Shown: positions 37,258 through 47,744, numbered from the stretch's first letter. The stretch: 64,000 nt of DNA from an uncultured bacterium (GCA_937863565.1 CALMGJ010000010.1:3431-67430); one strand, 5' to 3'. The notes: generated by a model from the letters alone, not told the origin. Translations and numbers: made by a program.

Positions 37258-39015
37258 CTAATCCTTGATGACCGCGTCAAAGCGGCAGACATCGTAACAT
37301 TTCCCGCATTTGATGCACTTTGCCTGTTCTATTAAATGCGGTTTCTTCACTTCCCCTTCGACCGCTTTCACAGGACAATTGCGCGCACAGAGCGTGCAAC
37401 CCGTACATTTTCCGGCATCGATCGTGAAAGAAAGGAGGGATTTGCATACATGCGAAGGGCATTTCTTCTCTTTAATATGGGCAATGTACTCGTCCCTGAA
37501 ATACTTTATGCTTGTGAGAACGGGGTTCGGAGCTGTTTGCCCAAGGCCGCACAAAGAACCGTTCCTTACCTGACCGGCAAGCTTCTCCAGTTCCTCTATG
37601 TCGCTTTCTTTCCCTTTGCCTTCAGTGATCCTCGTCAGTATCTCGAGCATCCTCTTATTGCCTAACCTGCAGAATGTGCATTTCCCGCAGGATTCCTCTA
37701 CGACGAAGTTGAGAAAAAAACGGGCCACATCGACCATGCACGTATTTTCATCCATTACGACCATGCCCCCCGAACCCATGATGGCCCCCGTCCGGTTCAA
37801 GGAATCATAATCCACCGGGACATCGAGAAGCGATGCAGGGATACATCCTCCCGAAGGGCCTCCGATCTGGACAGCTTTGAATTTTTTATCGTTCCTGATC
37901 CCTCCTCCGATGTCGAATATCACTTCCCTGAGGGTGATCCCCATAGGTACTTCCACCGTTCCCGTGTTCTTGATCTTTCCGGTCAAGGCGAACACTTTAG
38001 TGCCTTTGCTTTTCTCCGTTCCGATCGCCGCGTATTTTTCCCAGCCGTTCAGTACGATCCACGGCACATTTGCAAATGTCTCAACATTATTTATATTAGT
38101 GGGTTTTCTCCAAAGTCCGCTCTGTGCAGGAAAGGGCGGCTTAAGCGTGGGCATGCCCCGGTTCCCTTCGATCGACCGCATAAGAGCTGTCTCTTCACCG
38201 CAGACGAAAGCGCCCGCCCCCTTTTTCAATTCAATATTAAAATCGAAACCCTTCCCGAAGATGTTCTTCCCGAGATAGCCTGCATTCCTTGCCTGTGAAA
38301 CCGCTATCTCGAGTCTTTTGATCGCAAGCGGATATTCGGCCCTCACATAAATGAACCCCGTATCCGAGCCGATCGCGAAACCGGCGATGGCCATCCCCTC
38401 GAGAACGGAATGTGGATCTCCCTCAAGAACGCTTCTGTCCATGAAGGCGCCGGGATCACCCTCATCGGCATTACAGATGAGGTATTTCTTGTCCGAATCC
38501 GAAGCTCTTGCGAACTTCCATTTGAGGCCTGTGGGAAAACCCGCGCCGCCCCTTCCACGAAGGCCCGATCTGATCATGTCCTCTATCAGATTCTCGGGTG
38601 TTCCCGCAAGGGTTTTTTTCAGCGCTTCCCATCCCCCTGCTGCGATATACTCGTCAAGCGATTCCGGATTGATGCGCCCGAGATTCCGCATGACGATCTT
38701 AACTTGTTTACTATTGTAAAGGCTCTGTTCGAATTCCGGGGCACCCTTTATGAAAACGGCCCATTCCTTCCGGACCTCTTCATTCTCGATGATCGCGATC
38801 AACTCAGCCGTTCTCTTCTCATTGATATCCCCGTAAATAACGGATGAACCGTCATCTCCGAGAACTTCAACAATGGGTTCACGATAACACATCCCGATAC
38901 ATCCGGTCTTTTCGACTTTCCCGCCGAATTTGTCCGAAAGCGCTTTGAAGACCGGTGCTGCTCCGGCTGCGATCCCGCAAGACGCCATCCCCACCTTTAT
39001 CTTTGTTACGTTCAT
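37258..39015 (-). CDS. HydB/StnB-type (bifurcating) NuoF-like subunit
   Basis: N-terminal thioredoxin-like segment; ADEGDPGAFMDR, GAGAFVCGEET, GGPSGG, ESCGKCTFCR; C-terminal 2x[4Fe-4S] (CTGCTLC, CIKCGKC). Confidence 0.9.
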   Translation of the reverse strand: MNVTKIKVGMASCGIAAGAAPVFKALSDKFGGKVEKTGCIGMCYREPIVEVLGDDGSSVIYGDINEKRTAELIAIIENEEVRKEWAVFIKGAPEFEQSLYNSKQVKIVMRNLGRINPESLDEYIAAGGWEALKKTLAGTPENLIEDMIRSGLRGRGGAGFPTGLKWKFARASDSDKKYLICNADEGDPGAFMDRSVLEGDPHSVLEGMAIAGFAIGSDTGFIYVRAEYPLAIKRLEIAVSQARNAGYLGKNIFGKGFDFNIELKKGAGAFVCGEETALMRSIEGNRGMPTLKPPFPAQSGLWRKPTNINNVETFANVPWIVLNGWEKYAAIGTEKSKGTKVFALTGKIKNTGTVEVPMGITLREVIFDIGGGIRNDKKFKAVQIGGPSGGCIPASLLDVPVDYDSLNRTGAIMGSGGMVVMDENTCMVDVARFFLNFVVEESCGKCTFCRLGNKRMLEILTRITEGKGKESDIEELEKLAGQVRNGSLCGLGQTAPNPVLTSIKYFRDEYIAHIKEKKCPSHVCKSLLSFTIDAGKCTGCTLCARNCPVKAVEGEVKKPHLIEQAKCIKCGKCYDVCRFDAVIKD

Positions 39016-39503
39016 TTGGATTCCCTCTTTTTAAAATTCTCGATAACGGTTTTGATCTTCTGAGGTGTAAGATTACCGAAAACCTCATCATTTATCATTA
39101 CCACAGGCGCGAGGGAACAGCATCCGAGGCAGGCCACTTTTTCCAGAGTGAAAAGTCCGTCCCCTGTAGTTGCTCCGATCTCCACGTTCAGGGCTTCCCG
39201 GATCGCATCTAGGATATTTTCGCCGCCGTTCACAAAACAGGCCGTACCCATGCATGTCCGTATGATGTATTTTCCCACCGGTTCGGTCCGGAACTGGGCA
39301 TAGAAAGTGATCACGCCGGTGATCTTCGTGTAGGGGATATGGAATTTTTCCGAAATGAGCTCTACGGCTTCCCTCGGAATATAGTTGAATTTCTCCTGTA
39401 TATCCTGCAGAAGGGGTATCAGAATCCCTGTTTTCCCTGAATACGCGTCCAGAATCGAATTAATGGCCTTTATGTCAGCAGCCGGGGTCTTTACATCCGT
39501 CAT
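39012..39503 (-). CDS. NuoE/HydC/StnA-like [2Fe-2S] subunit
   Basis: TFYAQF, CMGTAC, CLGCCSLAP; SD GGAGG. Confidence 0.9.
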   Translation of the reverse strand: MTDVKTPAADIKAINSILDAYSGKTGILIPLLQDIQEKFNYIPREAVELISEKFHIPYTKITGVITFYAQFRTEPVGKYIIRTCMGTACFVNGGENILDAIREALNVEIGATTGDGLFTLEKVACLGCCSLAPVVMINDEVFGNLTPQKIKTVIENFKKRESK

Positions 39504-39583
39504 GTCCTTCCTCCATGATCATTATTAAATATAATTACGCTTCATGTCTTCCTTTTTACCGGAAAGCCCATACCGAATAAGGG

Positions 39584-39612
39584 ATTATACTGGTTTTGGT
39601 CCTTTATGTCAA
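39584..39612 (-). promoter_or_regulatory. sigma70 promoter of the bifurcating-enzyme operon
   Basis: Minus strand perfect TTGACA-N17-TATAAT. Confidence 0.85.
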
Positions 39613-39802
39613 TATTCTCCGCTGATTTTCGCAAATTGCCGAAGCATTCCGGGACCTCGGCCGCTCTTTCAGAATTAATCCATGAATATAATAATTAGAT
39701 CAGGAGCAGTGGCACGCATCCGGGATCAACGGTATGGAACGCCCTCCTGTTCGACCCCTATAAATGATGTTATATACGGGGAATTGGGGAAATCGGGATT
39801 TT

Positions 39803-39819
39803 CGGGGGAAATTACCCCG
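39803..39819. promoter_or_regulatory. Putative activator binding site (GGGG-N7-CCCC)
   Basis: CGGGGGAAATTACCCCG; its reverse complement matches 44462-44478 at 13/17 positions. Confidence 0.45.
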
Positions 39820-39846
39820 CCGATGGGGAGGTATTCATCGATTCTA

Positions 39847-39874
39847 TTGACTTTAAATGAAAAAATTGTATAAT
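39847..39874 (+). promoter_or_regulatory. sigma70 promoter of gdhA
   Basis: TTGACT-N16-TATAAT. Confidence 0.7.
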
Positions 39875-39886
39875 CATTTCCAATGA

Positions 39887-41272
<1,386 letters not shown>

Positions 41273-41293
41273 TCCATTTTCACTAACGGTTCC

Positions 41294-41317
41294 CGGGGGG
41301 CGGTTCGCCGCCCCCCG
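41294..41317 (+). terminator. GC-rich hairpin after gdhA
   Basis: CGGGGGGCGG-TTCG-CCGCCCCCCG perfect 10-bp stem; the U-tract is weak. Confidence 0.6.
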
Positions 41318-41365
41318 TTCATCCGCATTTTTCCAAACGCTCATTCAGGTCTAATTGTTCGGTAC

Positions 41366-41394
41366 TTGCTTTTTTCCCCTCCATTATATATAAT
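41366..41394 (+). promoter_or_regulatory. sigma70 promoter, probably leaderless, for the two-component genes
   Basis: TTGCTT-N17-TATAAT-N5-ATG(41400); no SD. Confidence 0.65.
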
Positions 41395-41399
41395 CGTAT

Positions 41400-43103
41400 A
41401 TGAATATAACTGACGGACCCGATCATCCGCTCGAAAAAAGGCTCGGTTACGATCTCTTTCCGATACATAAAGGGAAGATATTCAAGGAAATAAGCGCAAA
41501 ACTCTTTGAAACGGACATTAATAAACCTAAAGTCCGATTCATCTATGAGATAATGAACATCCTTCAGTATTATTCAGGCTGTGAAAGAGTATGTTTGTGC
41601 ATGAAAGACAATGATCATTTCCAGCATGCCGATATCAGAAGGGAAAAGGACAACAGATCGGTATTCTCATTCAATAAAAAGGGATTGTCTCCCGATTCAA
41701 ACTCCGATATCATCACCGGAATGATATTCGGGAGATCGGTGTTCAGCAGCTCATATCAGGAAAATAGCAGGACATTTTATTATCTGGACAATAACAGAGA
41801 TATCGAAGTGAATGTTACCGAGAAAGGCAGGTCCGCAATAAAGAAGATAACTCCTGAAAGGACCTACCGTTCAGCGCTTTTCATCCCCGTATGCGCAGGA
41901 GATGATGTGCTTGGCGTTTTTAGTTTAAAAAGCAGGAAGAGCTTCTTTTTTACAGAGATCGAGATCGAGTTCTATGAAGGTCTGGTCCTGATCATAGGGA
42001 TCATGCTGTTCGGTTTCAACACGAACTATAACCTCAATGAAAGGATCAAGGAACTCACAACTCTTTATGAGATGTCGCGTATCTTTGAAAGGAATACATC
42101 ACCGGAAGAATATTTGGGCGAAATATTAAAAATAGTCCCCCTCTCGATGCAGTTCCCCGATATCTGTTTTTGCAGGATCGTTCTGGACGGGAAAGAATAC
42201 TCCAATCTCAATAAAAGGAACATATCAAAATCCATCAGGGAAAAGATACGCATTAAGGGGGCGGAACGAGGCGAGATCGAAGTGCTCTATTCGGAGGGTG
42301 AGCAGCTCACGGAAACGGACCCATTCCTCTCGGATGAAAAAGAACTGTTGAAAGCCGTATCCAGGAATATAGGGATGTTCATTGAAACCGTTGAGAGCAA
42401 TATGGAACAGGAAAAGCTCCAGGAGCAGCTGCGGCATGCGGACAGGCTTGCCACTCTGGGCATCCTGACATCCGGCGTAGCACATGAATTAAACGAGCCG
42501 CTCGGCAACATACTCGGATTTTCTCAGCTTCTTCTTGCAGAAGGCCGGATGAATGACCGCGACCGCGGGGATATCGAGAAGATCGTGGAGTCTACCCTGT
42601 TCGCGAGGGAGATCATAAAGAAACTCATGTTCTTTTCAAGGCAGACCCCGCCTAAGAAGGCCCGGATCGACCTAAATGAGATCGTAAAAGAAGGGCTTTA
42701 TTTTCTTTCTTCAAGATGCCGTAAGGCCGGCATCAAACTTAAAAGAATGCTGCAGAAAGACCTTCCTCTGATCACCGCCGATCCCTCTCAACTTCACCAA
42801 GTGCTCGTCAATCTCGTAGTGAATTCGATACAAGCGATGCCGGAAGGAGGAACCCTTCTGATAAGGACCAAACAGGAAGAGGGATTTGTTGCGCTGACCG
42901 TTAAGGACAGCGGGATCGGCATGTCCGAAGAAGTGATGAAGAAGATCTTCATACCGTTTTTTACAACGAAAGATGTGAACCAGGGAACAGGTCTGGGACT
43001 TTCCGTTGTTCATGGCATCATCACTGCGCATAAAGGAATGATAAAAGTATCCAGCATTCCCGGCAAAGGCTCTTCTTTCTCGGTAAGGCTGCCGGTAAAA
43101 TAG
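41400..43103 (+). CDS. Cytoplasmic GAF-domain sensor histidine kinase (NtrB-like)
   Basis: GAF-like N-terminus with no TM; GVAHELNEPL (H box), QVLVNLVVNS (N), DSGIG (G1), FIPFFTTK (F), GTGLGL (G2). Confidence 0.9.
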   Translation: MNITDGPDHPLEKRLGYDLFPIHKGKIFKEISAKLFETDINKPKVRFIYEIMNILQYYSGCERVCLCMKDNDHFQHADIRREKDNRSVFSFNKKGLSPDSNSDIITGMIFGRSVFSSSYQENSRTFYYLDNNRDIEVNVTEKGRSAIKKITPERTYRSALFIPVCAGDDVLGVFSLKSRKSFFFTEIEIEFYEGLVLIIGIMLFGFNTNYNLNERIKELTTLYEMSRIFERNTSPEEYLGEILKIVPLSMQFPDICFCRIVLDGKEYSNLNKRNISKSIREKIRIKGAERGEIEVLYSEGEQLTETDPFLSDEKELLKAVSRNIGMFIETVESNMEQEKLQEQLRHADRLATLGILTSGVAHELNEPLGNILGFSQLLLAEGRMNDRDRGDIEKIVESTLFAREIIKKLMFFSRQTPPKKARIDLNEIVKEGLYFLSSRCRKAGIKLKRMLQKDLPLITADPSQLHQVLVNLVVNSIQAMPEGGTLLIRTKQEEGFVALTVKDSGIGMSEEVMKKIFIPFFTTKDVNQGTGLGLSVVHGIITAHKGMIKVSSIPGKGSSFSVRLPVK

Positions 43104-43112
43104 AGGACGCAT

Positions 43113-44453
43113 ATGAAACCAAAGGTCAAAGAAGCAATTCTTGTCGTCGACGACTCCCGGAACACGGTAGAGATCCTTACGCGGAATTTGAACAAGCAGG
43201 GATACAGGACATTTTCTGCCTTAAATGTGGATGACGCGATAAAGATTCTTGGCGAAATGGAGCTGGATCTTGTTATTACCGACCTGAAAATGCCCGGGAA
43301 AAGCGGACTTGAACTCGTGAAACATGTCCGGGATAATTATCCGAACATTGAAGTGATCATGATCACCGGTTACCCCTCGATACAGGACGCGGTTAAAGCG
43401 GTTAAAACGGGAGCGGACAGTTATCTTCCCAAACCGTTCACGGAAGAGGAACTTCTGAAGGCTATCGGTATCGCTGTGGAAAAACTAAGGAAGAAAAAAA
43501 AGTTGAACGATGCGGTCACTGAGCGATATTACGGTATGATCGGCGAATCGAAACCGATGCAAAAGGTCTACAGGATGATCTCGAAAGCTTCTGCCACAAG
43601 GGCCAATGTACTTATCCTAGGAGAGAGCGGCACAGGGAAGGAGTTGGTGGCCCGAGCCATTCATTATGCCAGCTCCGCTAAGTCCGCGCCTTTCGTTCCG
43701 GTCAACTGCGGCGGAATTCCCGGAGAGCTTCTTGAAAGCGAACTGTTCGGTTATGTGAAAGGTGCTTTTACCGGGGCCAATGAATCGCGTGCAGGTTTTT
43801 TCCAAACAGCGGACGGAGGAACGATCTTTCTTGACGAGATCAGTGAAACGACGCTTGCCATGCAAGTGAAACTTCTTCGCGTACTCCAGGATAAAATGGT
43901 TTATCTGCTAGGGTCCCGAAAACCTCAAAGGGTAGATGTCCGGATCATTTCCGCTTCCAACAGGGATATTTCTTCCCTTGTCAAGCAGGGCATATTCAGG
44001 GAAGACCTGTATTTCAGGCTGAACGTAATTTCTTTGGAACTGCCTCCTCTCAGGGAAAGGGAAGGGGATATCATCCTTTTGCTTAAATACTTATTGAATA
44101 AATTCTCGAAAGAGATGAACAGTAAAGAAAAAACTCTGTCCGATGAAGCTCTGCAGATATTTCTCAATTACTACTGGCCGGGAAATATCAGAGAGCTCGA
44201 GAACATGATTCACCGACTTGTGATAATGACCGAAAGCGCCGTTATAAATGTTACCGACCTTCCCGCATTCATGAGATATTCCACTGCACAGAAGACTTTC
44301 GACAAGACCCTGGAGCAGGTCGAGCATGAGCATATCGTAAATGTTCTCACTTCCGTTCATCATAATAAGACGAAAGCCGCACAGGTTCTCGGCATCGACA
44401 GGAAAACGCTTCGTGAAAAATTAAAGAAACACCGTCTCGAAAACGGGGAATAA
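43113..44453 (+). CDS. sigma54-dependent response regulator (NtrC/AtoC family)
   Basis: Receiver VVDD/TDLKMP; GESGTGKE, ESELFG, GAFTGA, FLDEI, FREDLYFRL, WPGNIREL; Fis-type HTH. Confidence 0.95.
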   Translation: MKPKVKEAILVVDDSRNTVEILTRNLNKQGYRTFSALNVDDAIKILGEMELDLVITDLKMPGKSGLELVKHVRDNYPNIEVIMITGYPSIQDAVKAVKTGADSYLPKPFTEEELLKAIGIAVEKLRKKKKLNDAVTERYYGMIGESKPMQKVYRMISKASATRANVLILGESGTGKELVARAIHYASSAKSAPFVPVNCGGIPGELLESELFGYVKGAFTGANESRAGFFQTADGGTIFLDEISETTLAMQVKLLRVLQDKMVYLLGSRKPQRVDVRIISASNRDISSLVKQGIFREDLYFRLNVISLELPPLREREGDIILLLKYLLNKFSKEMNSKEKTLSDEALQIFLNYYWPGNIRELENMIHRLVIMTESAVINVTDLPAFMRYSTAQKTFDKTLEQVEHEHIVNVLTSVHHNKTKAAQVLGIDRKTLREKLKKHRLENGE

Positions 44454-44461
44454 TTACTTAC

Positions 44462-44478
44462 CGGGGTGTTTCTCCCCG
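44462..44478. promoter_or_regulatory. Putative upstream activating sequence for the sigma54 promoter
   Basis: CGGGGTGTTTCTCCCCG palindrome ~100 bp upstream of the -24 element; IHF-like AATAAAACAGTTA at 44537-44549 lies between them. Confidence 0.5.
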
Positions 44479-44576
44479 CCGCAGACTGCCTCTTTATAAA
44501 ATGATAAAAACTTTTCCCCTGCTATAAAAAACCAACAATAAAACAGTTATATTAAAAATGATCTCTTCGTACTTTC

Positions 44577-44592
44577 TGGCATGTTCCTTGAT
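44577..44592 (+). promoter_or_regulatory. sigma54 (-24/-12) promoter
   Basis: TGGCAT-GTTCC-TTGAT versus consensus TGGCAC-N5-TTGCW (GA at -12); immediately downstream of a sigma54 activator gene. Confidence 0.65.
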
Positions 44593-44625
44593 TTAATAAT
44601 ATTATGCAAAAACCGGAGGTTGATC

Positions 44626-44913
44626 ATGTTGGAAAAAGTCAAAGTTGCAAGGAGGGTGTCTGCGGATACCTCCTCTGTATGTATGAACTGCGTTCATGCC
44701 GGCGATTGTGTTCTCAGGGAACACGCGACAGGGCCGATCCTTCAATGCGAGGAATACTATCTAAAGCCCGAAACGAACGCGGCTTCAAGCTCTACGGCCG
44801 CCGAAGCCGAGATCATCGAATACAAAGGTCTGTGCAGCGATTGCAAACACAGGTCGGAATGCCATCTTTCCGGAACGGAAAGCGGTGTCTGGCATTGCGA
44901 ACATTACAGTTGA
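44626..44913 (+). CDS. Small Cys-rich protein with two CX2CXHX3CX11-12CExY repeats (metal-binding, unnamed)
   Basis: SD GGAGG then ATG 44626; 95 aa; CMNCVHAGDC...CEEY and CSDCKHRSEC...CEHY joined by an Ala/Ser/Glu linker. Confidence 0.75.
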   Translation: MLEKVKVARRVSADTSSVCMNCVHAGDCVLREHATGPILQCEEYYLKPETNAASSSTAAEAEIIEYKGLCSDCKHRSECHLSGTESGVWHCEHYS

Positions 44914-44929
44914 TGTCATAGGAGGATAA

Positions 44930-46210
44930 ATGAACGTTCAAACTGCGAAAAAATTGAAAGGAAGTGTTTATGAAAATGTTCTGAGGCAATTCGATCGCGC
45001 TGCCGATCTGATCAAACTCGATGACGGAGTACGGAAGATCCTGCGCACGACGAAGAACGAGATAATAGTCCATTTCCCCGTAAGGATGGATGACGGGCGT
45101 GTGGAAGTGTTCACCGGATACCGTGTTCAGCACAACGATATTCTCGGACCTTTTAAGGGCGGTCTCAGATTTCATCCCGCCGTAGATATCGACGAAGTAA
45201 GGTCCCTGGCGACCTGGATGACGTGGAAATCGGCCATCGTTAATATTCCCTTCGGCGGTGCCAAAGGCGGGATCCAGATGGATCCTTCCAAATATTCCAT
45301 AAAAGAGATCGAACGGATAACGAGGCGGTTCACGTTTGCTTTAGGATTCAATATCGGTCCGGAATACGATATCCCCGCTCCCGATGTAAATACCAATCCT
45401 CAAATAATGGCATGGATCCTTGACACCTACCTGTCCACCGTTGCTCCCGGTGACCGGCAGAGAAGCACTCATGTTGTAACGGGGAAACCGCTCGAATCCG
45501 GCGGCAGCATAGGAAGGGACAAGGCCACGGGTCAGGGAGTGGTGTTCTGCATCGAGGAATGGGCAAAAGAAAAAAACTTCGACCTTTCAAAGGCTACATA
45601 CATCGTTCAAGGTTTCGGCAATGTCGGTTCCTGGACTGCAAAGCTCCTTAAAAGATTGGGAGCTAAGCTCCTTGCCGTGGAAGATGTGACGGGGATAATC
45701 CATGACCCTAAAGGGATCGATCCCGAAGTCCTTGCCGAATTCGTTGCCGAGAAGAAGGGCATCCGGGGTTTTCCCGGAGCGAAAGAAATCGATCACGATA
45801 CGTTCCTGCAAACGGAGGCGGATATTTTCATCCCGGCCGCCCTTGAGAACCAGATCACGGCAGAGACCGCTCCGAAGCTTAAAGTAAAGCTCGTCGCAGA
45901 AGGCGCTAATGGCCCCACTGATACCGATGGGGATGCTGTTCTTCAGGAGAAGAAGATCGATGTAATTCCCGATGTGCTCTGCAATTCGGGAGGCGTTATA
46001 GTCAGTTACTTCGAATGGCTTCAGAATAAAAGAAGCGAATTCTGGGAGCTTGAAGAGGTGGATTATAAACTCAGGAAGAAGATCACCACAGCATATCAAA
46101 AGGTCGCCGATGTGCGGAACACTCTTAAAACGGATCCGCGAACAGCAGCCCTTATGGTAGGATTGCTGAACCTCGATAAATCGTATAAACTCAGGGGAAT
46201 ATACCCCTGA
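44930..46210 (+). CDS. Glu/Leu/Phe/Val dehydrogenase (glutamate dehydrogenase, GudB/Thermotoga-like class)
   Basis: GPFKGGLRFH, MTWK, GGAKGG, DIPAPDVNT, QGFGNVG, EGANGP, SYFEW; SD AGGAGG. Confidence 0.92.
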   Translation: MNVQTAKKLKGSVYENVLRQFDRAADLIKLDDGVRKILRTTKNEIIVHFPVRMDDGRVEVFTGYRVQHNDILGPFKGGLRFHPAVDIDEVRSLATWMTWKSAIVNIPFGGAKGGIQMDPSKYSIKEIERITRRFTFALGFNIGPEYDIPAPDVNTNPQIMAWILDTYLSTVAPGDRQRSTHVVTGKPLESGGSIGRDKATGQGVVFCIEEWAKEKNFDLSKATYIVQGFGNVGSWTAKLLKRLGAKLLAVEDVTGIIHDPKGIDPEVLAEFVAEKKGIRGFPGAKEIDHDTFLQTEADIFIPAALENQITAETAPKLKVKLVAEGANGPTDTDGDAVLQEKKIDVIPDVLCNSGGVIVSYFEWLQNKRSEFWELEEVDYKLRKKITTAYQKVADVRNTLKTDPRTAALMVGLLNLDKSYKLRGIYP

Positions 46211-46237
46211 GCGGATGATCTGAAAAATTCAAAGAAA

Positions 46238-46264
46238 GGAAGGGGGAGCTCGGTTCCCCCTTCC
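46238..46264. terminator. Hairpin between convergent GDH genes (probable terminator)
   Basis: GGAAGGGGGAGC-TCG-GTTCCCCCTTCC; T-rich run follows on the minus strand. Confidence 0.65.
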
Positions 46265-46325
46265 CGGTTTGTTATGATGTCCGGTCTGATCCGGAACCTT
46301 CCGTCTTCCATCCGAGGAAGTTCAA

Positions 46326-47579
46326 TTACGCATATACTCCGCGTACTTTTATCACATCGATCACTCTTTTGATCGCCAGAATATAAGCAGCGACTCTCAG
46401 ATTGACCTTGTATTCCAGACCTACATTCCAGACGCTGTCGAAACTTTCAACCATGATGCGTTCTAGTTTTTCGTTCACTTCGTTCTCGGGCCAGTAATAG
46501 GATTGTTTGTTTTGCACCCATTCAAAATAAGAGACAGTAACACCGCCGGCATTTGCCAGGATATCCGGCACGATCATCACGCCGTTCTTCGAGAGTATTT
46601 CATCGGCATCCGGTGTTGTCGGACCGTTGGCGCCTTCTACGATGATCTTGGCTTTGATCTTGCCGGCATTGTCGGCCGTTATCTGATTTTCCAGCGCCGC
46701 GGGAACGAGAACATCGCAATCGAGAGTCAGAAGGTCTTCAGCCGGTATCTTCTTTCCCCCTTCGAATCCCTTGAGCGTTTTATTTTTAATGATGCATTCA
46801 TTAGCCTTGGCCATATCAATACCGTCAGGATTGTGGTAAGCGCCCGAAATATCCGATATACCTACGATCTTTGCACCCTGTTCGGCCATCAGAGTTGCAC
46901 CGATCCCTCCGACATTGCCGAATCCCTGGACAACGATCCTTACGCCTTTGAGGTCTTTGCCCGTTTTCTTCAGAGCTTCCCGGACACAGAACATCACACC
47001 CCGACCTGTCGCTTCCTTCCTTCCGAGTGAACCGCCGAGTTCAATGGGTTTTCCGGTTACTACGGCCGTTTCGGTATGTCTTTTATGCATGGAGAAAGTG
47101 TCCATGACCCATGCCATTACCTGCGGATTCGTGTTGACATCGGGCGCGGGGACATCACTATCCGGCCCGAATATTTCAACGAGATCTGCAGTATAGCGGC
47201 GGGTCAATCTTTCAATCTCGCCGGGGGAAAGTTTGGTGGGATCACAATTGATGCCGCCTTTTGCCCCGCCGAAGGGGATATTGACAACCGCGCATTTCCA
47301 GGTCATCCAGAATGCCAGGGCCTTGACCTCGTCAAGAGTGACGTTCTGATGGTACCGGATACCGCCTTTCCCCGGTCCGCGCACTATGCTGTGGAGCACG
47401 CGGTAACCTTCGAAAACTTTGAAACTGCCGTTATCCATTTTGATCGGCAAACTGACGATCACGGCCCTTCTCGGTCTTTTAATGATCTCAAGAAAGCCCG
47501 GATCAAGATTCATCTTCGATGCGGCTTTTTCAAACTGCCGCATTGCATTCTCAAAAGGATTGTCACTATGTTCGTTCAT
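46326..47579 (-). CDS. Glu/Leu/Phe/Val dehydrogenase (third glutamate dehydrogenase)
   Basis: GPGKGGIRYH, MTWKCA, GGAKGG, DVPAPDVNT, QGFGNVG, EGANGP, SYFEW; SD GGAGG. Confidence 0.92.
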   Translation of the reverse strand: MNEHSDNPFENAMRQFEKAASKMNLDPGFLEIIKRPRRAVIVSLPIKMDNGSFKVFEGYRVLHSIVRGPGKGGIRYHQNVTLDEVKALAFWMTWKCAVVNIPFGGAKGGINCDPTKLSPGEIERLTRRYTADLVEIFGPDSDVPAPDVNTNPQVMAWVMDTFSMHKRHTETAVVTGKPIELGGSLGRKEATGRGVMFCVREALKKTGKDLKGVRIVVQGFGNVGGIGATLMAEQGAKIVGISDISGAYHNPDGIDMAKANECIIKNKTLKGFEGGKKIPAEDLLTLDCDVLVPAALENQITADNAGKIKAKIIVEGANGPTTPDADEILSKNGVMIVPDILANAGGVTVSYFEWVQNKQSYYWPENEVNEKLERIMVESFDSVWNVGLEYKVNLRVAAYILAIKRVIDVIKVRGVYA

Positions 47580-47744
47580 ATAAACCTCCGCGGGTCTTAT
47601 CGAGCTTTTCTCGAACCCGCATTTACATTCATTTAAACCGGTTTTTAAATAAAGTCGGGATGCTCCTCGGACCTTATCTTTTACCGGTGACTGTATCGAA
47701 AAAAAATGATAAAAAAACCGTTCTCTAAAAAGGGATGTTCAATT

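Noticed and set aside
39710-39726. Plus-strand sigma54 promoter TGGCACGCATCCGGG for gdhA
   Set aside because: The -12 element is missing and gdhA has a good sigma70 promoter closer in.
39682-39873. 63-aa ORF in the stn/gdhA intergenic region
   Set aside because: It runs across promoter and operator elements, with no SD and no motif.
44911-44973. TGA read-through (Sec) at the end of the Cys-rich mini-protein (TGA TGT)
   Set aside because: The second repeat is already complete at CEHY, the following bases are the SD and start of the GDH, and no SECIS-like hairpin is evident.
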